From NCBI GenBank assembly GCA_039586365.1, contig JBDHKN010000117.1, forward strand, positions 1-13,730: 13,730 bases of DNA, given 5' to 3'. Under the pieces are notes generated by a model. The model ran no database searches. It was not told where the DNA came from and worked only from the letters and a program-made list of their open reading frames with translations. Position numbers and translations under genes: made by a program. Position 1 is the first letter of the stretch; every line of letters starts with the position of its first letter. Origin of the DNA: Gemmatimonadota bacterium. GTDB taxonomy: Bacteria; Gemmatimonadota; Gemmatimonadetes; Gemmatimonadales; GWC2-71-9. This document shows, one piece after another, positions 1 to 7,196 of this stretch.

Positions 1-873
1 TTTGTCCTGGGAGCGGCCGCCGCTGTGGAACAACCGGCCCGGCTTGCCTTCGTTGCAGACGTGGTTGGCAAAGAGGACTTGACCAACGCGGTGGCCTTGA
101 ACTCTTCTATGTATAATAGTGCGCGTATCGTCGGGCCAGCCATCGCTGGTTTGCTATTGGCGTGGATAGGAGAAGCCGGTTGCTTTTTCGTCAACGCTGT
201 GACGTATCTGGCGGTGATCCTCGCCATGTTCGCCGTCCGGTTGCCGCCCCAGACCCTGCCCAGAAGCCCCCTACGAGTGACAGAAAGCTTGGGCCAAGGA
301 CTAGGATACGTGTGGGATGCGAAGGTAATTCGGGCACTGATGATCGTCGTAGCGGTCTCCAGCTTTTTCACGCTGCCCTACATGGCCCTTATGCCCGTTT
401 TTGCCCGCGATGTGCTCGGATCAGGACCTGAAGGCTTGGGCTTCCTAATGACCGCGGTGGGCATCGGGGCCATCACCGGCGCTCTAGGGGTGGCCAACAT
501 CCAGCCGGGACGCCGGGGGAGGTGGTTGACTTGGGGCAACATCATGGGACCATTATGCCTATTGTTGTTCTGCCTGTCTGGGTCTTTCGCTGTGAGTCTG
601 GTCCTAGTCGTCCTGGTGGGTGCCAGTAACGCAGTACGACAGACGCTGGCGAACAGCTTGATCCAGCTCACGTCGGCAGAGGAGTATCGTGGGCGAGTGA
701 TGAGCGTATTCAATCTCGTATTCAACGGCATGTCGCGCATGGGAGCGCTGGGAGTGGGCGCGATGGCCGAGGTCACCAGCGCACCCTGGGCCCTTGGCCT
801 GGGCGCAATCGTCAGCTTGGTCTGGGGCCTGAGTTTAATCTGGAGAATGCCGTATGTGCACCGGCTGCGCTGA
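1..873 (+). CDS. MFS transporter (MFS_3 / DHA3-like H+ antiporter type), 5'-truncated by the window edge
   Basis: Frame 1 is open from base 1 (FVLGAAAAVEQPARLAF...), so the GTG at 25 is probably internal. The protein has multiple hydrophobic helices and family-typical motifs PARLAFVADVV, NAVALNSSMYNSARIVGPAIAG and EEYRGRVMSVF. Confidence 0.9.
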   Translation, partial: FVLGAAAAVEQPARLAFVADVVGKEDLTNAVALNSSMYNSARIVGPAIAGLLLAWIGEAGCFFVNAVTYLAVILAMFAVRLPPQTLPRSPLRVTESLGQGLGYVWDAKVIRALMIVVAVSSFFTLPYMALMPVFARDVLGSGPEGLGFLMTAVGIGAITGALGVANIQPGRRGRWLTWGNIMGPLCLLLFCLSGSFAVSLVLVVLVGASNAVRQTLANSLIQLTSAEEYRGRVMSVFNLVFNGMSRMGALGVGAMAEVTSAPWALGLGAIVSLVWGLSLIWRMPYVHRLR

Positions 874-884
874 AGGAGTCGTCG

Positions 885-2138
885 ATGGTTGGCGCTGAGA
901 CCGCTGACTTAGAGAATAGACATCGTTTTCGCCACCTGCCTCCCACTGCGATCCCGATTCAGGGGAGCGACCTGTGGAGCGGGTTGGCCTCTGTCTTGAA
1001 TTCCAACGGTGCGGTGGCTCGGTTCCACGCTCTCCTGGCGGAACAGACGGGCAGCCCAGGTTGTTATCTCATTTCCTCGGGGCGCGCGGCATTGACCGTC
1101 ATCCTGCTTGCTCTGAAGCGCCTATCAGAACGCTCCCAAGTCGTTGTTCCGGCCTATGGCTGCCCAACGGTGCCCCAGGCCGTGCTAAGAGCAGGCCTTG
1201 AACCCGTGCTGTGCGATGTTTCCCCGCTCACGCTGGACCTAGACCGGGCAGCACTGAGCCACCTCATCAACAGCGATCTGCTGGCCATCGTCCCCGTTCA
1301 CCTGTACGGGTTGGCCCAAGACGTGACCGATCTGATCGCGGTGGGACGAGAGTTTGGCATTTTTGTGATCGAAGATGCCGCCCAGGCGTTCGGTGCTATG
1401 CTGAACGGGCGAATGGTGGGCAACTGGGGCGACGCGGGACTCTATAGCCTGGGCAGGGGCAAATGCCTTCCGACCGGGCACGGGGGGATAATTGTGTCCC
1501 GGGGACGGTGCGCAACTGCTATCTCAGAAGTGGTGCGCGAGATAGTCCACGACGCGCCCGAGTGGGACATCGCGTCTCTGGCCTTGTTTCTGGGCTATGG
1601 GCTGGCGACCCGTCCGCGGGGATGGTGGTTCGTGGTTCGCACCCCGCTGAATCCAGCGAAGAAAGGGATGGACCTTCGGAAGTTGCCTCCCATCCGTTTG
1701 ATTGAGCTGTCGGCAGTCCAAGCCGGGATCGGCGCTTCCATAGTTGCCCGGCTGGATGAGATACACAAGACCCGCCGACAGAATGCGGGAAGGCTGATGG
1801 ACGAATTGACCGAACTCGACTTCGTGACGTTGCCGGAGATCTCACCAGGCGCCGAACCGGTGTTCCTGCGCCTGCCGATGGTGGTAGACGGAGAGGAACG
1901 TGCAAACAAGCTCTTTGAGCTGCTCTGGCGAGAGGGGATCGGGGTGAGCCGGTCGTACTGGCGCACGCTGGCTGACCTGTTCTCCGACACGCTATGCTCT
2001 AGCGACGAAGACTTCCCCGGAGCCTCGCGGCTCGCCACCTGCCTGCTGACGCTGCCCACCCATTCCTATCTGAAGGAAGAAGATATTTCGCTCATTGTCC
2101 GGGCGTTTCGGAGTGTAGACCGTCAGGATCGGAAATAG
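885..2138 (+). CDS. DegT/DnrJ/EryC1/StrS-family PLP-dependent sugar aminotransferase
   Basis: Motifs SSGRAAL, VVVPAYGCPTV, VPVHLYG, IEDAAQAFGA, YSLGRGKCLPTGHGG (candidate PLP lysine) and LLTLPTH. SD AAGGAG at 873-878 precedes ATG 885. Confidence 0.92.
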   Translation: MVGAETADLENRHRFRHLPPTAIPIQGSDLWSGLASVLNSNGAVARFHALLAEQTGSPGCYLISSGRAALTVILLALKRLSERSQVVVPAYGCPTVPQAVLRAGLEPVLCDVSPLTLDLDRAALSHLINSDLLAIVPVHLYGLAQDVTDLIAVGREFGIFVIEDAAQAFGAMLNGRMVGNWGDAGLYSLGRGKCLPTGHGGIIVSRGRCATAISEVVREIVHDAPEWDIASLALFLGYGLATRPRGWWFVVRTPLNPAKKGMDLRKLPPIRLIELSAVQAGIGASIVARLDEIHKTRRQNAGRLMDELTELDFVTLPEISPGAEPVFLRLPMVVDGEERANKLFELLWREGIGVSRSYWRTLADLFSDTLCSSDEDFPGASRLATCLLTLPTHSYLKEEDISLIVRAFRSVDRQDRK

Positions 2139-2149
2139 GAGGAACATCG

Positions 2150-2698
2150 ATGCCGGTACGACCTCCAGACGAAGAGATGTTGGACCGGATGCCCATGTCA
2201 TTTAACGAGTACCTGAGGCTGCGTCCACGCGGCCGTCTCACGTTTCTCAAGCAAAAACTGCTTAACATGATCGCTCGGGCTATGCTTCACCCAGGGCTTA
2301 GGCTCTGGCTTTACCGTCAAATGGGCGTGAACATTGGTAAGGATTGCGTCGTTGAGATGTACTGCTATCTGGACGACCATTTTCCAGAGCTGATCTTTCT
2401 CGAAGATCACAGTGGGCCGTCTCGCTACGTCGTCATCATCTGCCATGATAGCGTTGCTGCCAAGGCGGATCACAATGGGTCCGCAAGGCCCGGATTCGAC
2501 AGTCGACACGGATTTGTGGCTCCGGTGAGGCTGAAAAGCTACTCAGGCGTGGGCGCTGGTAGTATACTGCTGCCCGGCGTGACTATCCATGAAGGGGCAT
2601 ATGTGGGGGCCGGCGCCGTTGTGAACAAGGATGTACCGCCCGATTCTGTTGCCGTTGGGGTTCCAGCCAAGGTGATCAAGCAGTTGAAAGCCGACTAG
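2150..2698 (+). CDS. Hexapeptide-repeat (left-handed beta-helix) acyl/acetyltransferase
   Basis: GVNIGKDCVV followed by VGAGSILLPGVTIHEGAYVGAGAVVNKDVPPDSVAVGVPAKVIK, the typical LbH C-terminal signature. SD AGGAGGA at 2137-2143. Confidence 0.92.
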   Translation: MPVRPPDEEMLDRMPMSFNEYLRLRPRGRLTFLKQKLLNMIARAMLHPGLRLWLYRQMGVNIGKDCVVEMYCYLDDHFPELIFLEDHSGPSRYVVIICHDSVAAKADHNGSARPGFDSRHGFVAPVRLKSYSGVGAGSILLPGVTIHEGAYVGAGAVVNKDVPPDSVAVGVPAKVIKQLKAD

Positions 2699-2863
2699 GC
2701 GGAATTGCTGTCGCGTGGTCGCTGCCTTCCCTTCTTGAACAGCGGCACCATGAACCATCGGCGAACGGACTGGACGGGTGGATGGTAACGAACGTCAACA
2801 CGCCTATGCGAAATCGCTGAACGAAGCACGTGGACTGAAGGATTCAAGAGAAGGGAGATTGCT

Positions 2864-3865
2864 GTGGACAGGTGCACACGATGTGTCTTGCCAGACACTT
2901 ACCCAAGGATAGAGTTCAACGAGGAGGGTGTCTGCAACTATTGCCTTGCCCACGAGGAATGGAGCTACTTGGGCAAACAGAAGTTGGATGAGTTTCTTGC
3001 GCCTTTTCGAAACAAGGGTGAAAGATACGATTGTGTAGTCGGAATAAGTGGCGGGAGAGATAGTTCCTACATGTTGTACTATCTGGCGAAGGAATATGAT
3101 TTGAGGGTGGTTGCATACACCGCCGATCATGGTCTCATCCCGGAGGTGGCGAAAGCCAATATGAAACGGATGACAGACACATTGGGTGTAGAGCTTGTCA
3201 CTGAAGAGACGGACTTCTTGAAGAGGTGTGTGCAGAACAACGTCTCAGCGTGGTTGCGCAAACCTTCGCCTGCCATGGTCCCGATGATATGCAGCGGCTG
3301 CAAGCTTGGTGGGCCTCGTGGACTACTAGGATTTGCCAAGAGGAACAAGATCCCTCTGGTTGCGGTCGGGATAGACACTCCAGTAGAGAGAGCCAACCTC
3401 AAGTGGGGGTTCTTCGCCGACAATCCTCTGAGCAGGCGTGTGAGGAAAAACCGACAGCTTGCACTCTTGCTCGGTCTCCTGTATGAGTTGTCTCAGAACC
3501 CTTTCTATTTGACGCCCAGGACTATGGCTGTGTACGTGGCAGAGTACCTCTACTATTTCAATCTTAATATTGAAGGCATTCAAAGGTTGCTGTATCCTGA
3601 TCAGACGATCTTGAACCTGTACCGCTATGTCGAATGGAACGAAGACAGAATTCTCTCAACGATCAAAACTGAACTGGGTTGGAGGAAAGACCCAGATAGC
3701 GTGTGGTCCTGGCGTTTTGACTGCAAGATGAGTTTCCTCAAGAATCATCTATACTTGGAAAGTGTTGGATTCACAGAGAAAGATGACGGGTTAAGCACTA
3801 TGACAAGGGAAGGCATGATACGCCTTGGTAAAGTTGCTTCAGGCGGGTTGCCGTCGCATCCTTGA
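2864..3865 (+). CDS. N-acetyl-sugar amidotransferase-like PP-loop ATPase (WbuX/PseA/WbpG-like); C-terminus possibly truncated
   Basis: N-terminal CxxC...CxxC (CTRCVLPDTYPRIEFNEEGVCNYC), PP-loop YDCVVGISGGRDSSY, CSGC and WRFDC motifs. GTG start follows GAAGGGAG at 2850-2857. Confidence 0.85.
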   Translation: MDRCTRCVLPDTYPRIEFNEEGVCNYCLAHEEWSYLGKQKLDEFLAPFRNKGERYDCVVGISGGRDSSYMLYYLAKEYDLRVVAYTADHGLIPEVAKANMKRMTDTLGVELVTEETDFLKRCVQNNVSAWLRKPSPAMVPMICSGCKLGGPRGLLGFAKRNKIPLVAVGIDTPVERANLKWGFFADNPLSRRVRKNRQLALLLGLLYELSQNPFYLTPRTMAVYVAEYLYYFNLNIEGIQRLLYPDQTILNLYRYVEWNEDRILSTIKTELGWRKDPDSVWSWRFDCKMSFLKNHLYLESVGFTEKDDGLSTMTREGMIRLGKVASGGLPSHP

Positions 3866-3907
3866 GTGCCACCCTGAGCACGAAGATTAGCCTTAGCCAC
3901 TCAAGGA
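3859..3907. repeat. 10-bp perfect inverted repeat with 29-nt spacer (possible hairpin)
   Basis: TCCTTGAGTG (3859-3868) is the exact reverse complement of CACTCAAGGA (3898-3907). The left arm overlaps the TGA stop of the amidotransferase. No U-tract follows. Confidence 0.55.
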
Positions 3908-3963
3908 GCCCAGTTCAGGGAATGTATGCGAGGAATATTCTTGATCCATTGCAGATGCTTCTT

Positions 3964-3972
3964 TGGTAGAAT
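3964..3972 (+). promoter_or_regulatory. Candidate extended -10 promoter element upstream of the FG-GAP gene
   Basis: TGGTAGAAT fits TGn-TAGAAT, about 28 nt upstream of the 4000 start, in an AT-richer intergenic stretch. No well-spaced -35 element was seen. Confidence 0.35.
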
Positions 3973-3999
3973 GCCTGAACAAGTCAAGAGAGTGCGAGA

Positions 4000-6048
4000 T
4001 TGATAGTGAAGAGCTTGAACCGCTGGGCTATTGCTTCCATAATCCTTCTGCTCGCTCTCGCGGTACTAGTGCGCAAGGGCTTCGCTGGATTGGGTAACCC
4101 GTTGGTGATCGATCTGGCTGATGCTGATATGACGTTGGTAGGGGAGGACATTGGAGATTGGGCCGCCTATTTTGCATCGCCGGCCGGCGATGTCAATGGC
4201 GATGGCCTAGGCGACATTCTCATAGGAGCGCCGCTGGCCGGAAACAAGGTATGCCCAATCCCAAACCAGGACCCATGCGAGGGTGTGCCCAAAGGAGAGG
4301 GTGTAGGCTATTTGGTCTTGGGCCGCCCCCGACAGGAATGGCCACCAAATCCTTTGAACCTCGCGCAGGCCGATGCATCCTTCCTGGGGTGCGAAATGAA
4401 CAGCATGACCGCCCGGAGTCTCTATACGCCCGGTGATGTGAACGGCGATGGGTTCGATGACATTCTCATTAGCGGTTGGAAGTGCGGCGAAAACTTCACG
4501 GGCAAAGCGTATCTGTTTCTGGGCAGGACGGACGTCGCTGACTACTGGGGAGGCTATTTCCCGGTGGAGCAGGCCGATGCCTCCTTCATCGGCGAGAACG
4601 AATGGGATTTTGCCAGCTATTATGTGTCGACGGCAGGAGATGTCAACGCTGATGATTACGATGACTTCTTGATCACGAGCACCCACTACGATATTACTGG
4701 CACTCAAGTCACCACAGACACCGGAAAGGTGTACTTGTTCTTGGGCAGACAGGCCGCCGACTGGGGCACCGACTACCCTCTGGCGGATGCGGATGCCTCT
4801 TTCCTGGGCGAGGCGGAGGGAGATCGGATCGGCCGTGCAGCCACGGGTGTTGGTGACGTCAACGGCGACGGCTACGACGATTTTCTCATCGGCTCAATCG
4901 AGAGCGACTATGCTGCCCCCGATGCTGGGCAGAATTACCTGTTCCTGGGACGGGCGCGAGAGGCAGACGACTGGTGGGGAACCGATTGCTCGGTCGCCGG
5001 GGCCGACGCCTCGTTCGTTGGCGAAGCAGAAGGTGATGAATCGGGACGGCGCGTGGCGATGGCAGGCGATGTCAATGGCGATCACTACAGCGACTTTCTG
5101 ATCGGGGCTGCTCTCAACGACCAGGCCGACCTTGACGCGGGCATAGCCTATCTGATACTGGGCCGGGCAGAGGCTGACTGGGGCATGCACTTCCCGCTGG
5201 CCGAGGCCGACGCCTCGTTTATCGGGGAAGAGAGGCGAGATCAAGCCGGCCGGCGGTCGAACGGCGCCGGGGACGTCAACAGCGACGGCTATGACGATTT
5301 CCTCATCGGCGCGCCCCACAACAGTCAAGGAGGTGAGGCTGCAGGGTCGGCCTATTTGATCTATGGCCGAGCAGCCGCCGACTGGGGCAGATACTATCCC
5401 CTCGGGCAAGCCGATGTGGTCTACGTAGGCAAGCCGGATATCGGGGTCGCCGGCTACGACGTCGCCTGGATCGGCGACTTCGACGGTGATGGTATCGATG
5501 ATATCCTCATTGGTGCCTACGGCGGCAGAAACCGCAATGACGTGCCGGGAGAGGCCTACGTCATACTGGGTAACGCCTCTCCCGCACCAGTTGATTTCAG
5601 CGTCGAGCGGTCGCAAGGTTCGGCAGAATGGCACAGCTTCACCGGCGAGTTTTGGGAGCCAAACGGCTGGCAGGACATCGGCTGGGCTCAATTGGTCGTG
5701 GGCAGGCGACTACACGACCCAAAAGGGCTCAACGTGGCCTATGATGGAAGTGGGAAAGAGCTCCTTCTCCACGACATAACTGGTAACGATTGGCTTGGGC
5801 CGTGCGAGCCAGGCGAGTCGGTAATCCTGTCGAACGGCTTCGTCGACTTGAATTGCGCGCAAAGCAGCGTGAGCCACGATGAGTCCCATAGGCTGCAGGT
5901 GACATGGGATGCTCGCTGGGTGCAACCGCAGACGGAGATGCTGAACGCCTATCTTCGGGCCAGAGACAGGGCGCTAAACGATTCTGGGTTTGTGGAGTTC
6001 GGTACCTGGCCCCAGCCCGCAGCATACCTGCCTCTCGTGACCAAGTAG
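4000..6048 (+). CDS. Secreted/surface FG-GAP repeat (integrin alpha-like 7-bladed beta-propeller) protein with a C-terminal beta-rich domain and YLPLV tail
   Basis: N-terminal basic plus hydrophobic segment (RWAIASIILLLALAVLV). Seven GD[VF][ND]xDx[YFLI]xD[FI]LI repeats, each followed by a G[KVIS]xY[LV]xxG-like strand. Ends in AYLPLVTK*. Start is TTG 4000 or GTG 4006. Confidence 0.9.
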   Translation: MIVKSLNRWAIASIILLLALAVLVRKGFAGLGNPLVIDLADADMTLVGEDIGDWAAYFASPAGDVNGDGLGDILIGAPLAGNKVCPIPNQDPCEGVPKGEGVGYLVLGRPRQEWPPNPLNLAQADASFLGCEMNSMTARSLYTPGDVNGDGFDDILISGWKCGENFTGKAYLFLGRTDVADYWGGYFPVEQADASFIGENEWDFASYYVSTAGDVNADDYDDFLITSTHYDITGTQVTTDTGKVYLFLGRQAADWGTDYPLADADASFLGEAEGDRIGRAATGVGDVNGDGYDDFLIGSIESDYAAPDAGQNYLFLGRAREADDWWGTDCSVAGADASFVGEAEGDESGRRVAMAGDVNGDHYSDFLIGAALNDQADLDAGIAYLILGRAEADWGMHFPLAEADASFIGEERRDQAGRRSNGAGDVNSDGYDDFLIGAPHNSQGGEAAGSAYLIYGRAAADWGRYYPLGQADVVYVGKPDIGVAGYDVAWIGDFDGDGIDDILIGAYGGRNRNDVPGEAYVILGNASPAPVDFSVERSQGSAEWHSFTGEFWEPNGWQDIGWAQLVVGRRLHDPKGLNVAYDGSGKELLLHDITGNDWLGPCEPGESVILSNGFVDLNCAQSSVSHDESHRLQVTWDARWVQPQTEMLNAYLRARDRALNDSGFVEFGTWPQPAAYLPLVTK

Positions 6049-6242
6049 GAGGGTTTCGCCAGCAACTAGTTGGGGGACAGTGAACCACCACGAAGCTACA
6101 GGCATTCTGCTGACCGTGCCTCGACGCCAGGTTCGGGACCATCGCCAGCCAACCGGGTGAACGTGCATGAAGGTGGAAACTAGACTCCGGATCGCAGGAA
6201 AGGCTGGTAGCGAAGCAACCGGGTATTTCGCACAGGAATACA

Positions 6243-7196
6243 ATGACAGCGCGAAGCTGGAGACCGCTTATCCTCTTGGTACTTGTCAGTGGGGTACTGG
6301 ACGCGTGTGGCGGAGAGGCGACACTCGCGCCCTCCCCCACGCCGATTTCGCCGACGGCTGGATGGACGTCGGCTTCGCCCACTCTCGCTGCGCCTACGGC
6401 CACCTATCTGCCGACCTCACCCACTCGGCCCCCGGCGACGTCCACCCATCCAGCAGCGGGCTGCTCACTGGGGACGGGGCTGCGTAAGGAAACCGCTCCG
6501 ATCCTTGTGGCCTATAGAGAACATGCTGGTTTGGTTATGGCGTCCAGTTCCCAACTGGCAGAGGTTCATTTCCCGCAACTGGAAGGATGGACCAGGGTGT
6601 TGGGCGCGCCTTCGCTAGCGGGCTTGCAGCAGAAGGCAGAGCGGGCAGAGCAAGCAGGGGTACCCTATGAAGCTCTTGGGTACGGCTTGGAAACCAGCAA
6701 GACTACGCCCGTTGAAGAGTGGGGGGATTTGGTCGGATCCACGCAAGATGCCAGGGCTCTAGTCGATCATTATGGCAAATTGCTGGCTATGGGGCCAGGA
6801 TTCCGTCTGATGTCCCGGAATCGGGACAAGTACGCGCCAATGGCGGCTTTCGCGGACGTATGGGTGCTCCAGAGTCAGAGGCTGCAGGTGAACCCACCAG
6901 GGTCAACCTATCGCCAGGAGGTCGAGAAGGTTGCTACTCAGATCAGGTCAGGAAATCCCGACGTCTCGATCTGGGCGCAGATCACGCTGCCTCCTGACCG
7001 CGAACCCAATGCCGACGAGTGGCTGGCTTATCGTCAGTCAATAGTTGATCTGGTGGATGGTACGTACATTGGCGTGTATACATGGGAGTCAGCCGATCCA
7101 GACCAACTGGTGGCGACAATTGAGGCCATCTTTGCCACGGTCTGCGGCAACGAGGAAAACAGCAGGCACGAAGGTGAATCCAGAAATGAACAATAG
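6243..7196 (+). CDS. Putative lipoprotein with Pro/Thr/Ser-rich linker and an uncharacterised alpha/beta domain
   Basis: MTARSWRPLILLVLVSGVLDA-CGG resembles a signal peptide II. It is followed by the linker TLAPSPTPISPTAGWTSASPTLAAPTATYLPTSPTRPPATST and a roughly 240-aa globular domain. CAGGAA lies upstream of the ATG. The stop overlaps the next start. Confidence 0.78.
   Translation: MTARSWRPLILLVLVSGVLDACGGEATLAPSPTPISPTAGWTSASPTLAAPTATYLPTSPTRPPATSTHPAAGCSLGTGLRKETAPILVAYREHAGLVMASSSQLAEVHFPQLEGWTRVLGAPSLAGLQQKAERAEQAGVPYEALGYGLETSKTTPVEEWGDLVGSTQDARALVDHYGKLLAMGPGFRLMSRNRDKYAPMAAFADVWVLQSQRLQVNPPGSTYRQEVEKVATQIRSGNPDVSIWAQITLPPDREPNADEWLAYRQSIVDLVDGTYIGVYTWESADPDQLVATIEAIFATVCGNEENSRHEGESRNEQ

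Noticed and set aside
3859..3907. Inverted repeat as a Rho-independent terminator
   Set aside because: The 29-nt loop is long and there is no U-tract on either strand.
7045..7185. ORF-track start at 7045 for AlkP paralog 1
   Set aside because: It would overlap the lipoprotein gene by about 150 bp with non-family sequence. ATG 7186 has an SD-like element and directly precedes KVLVVGLDG.
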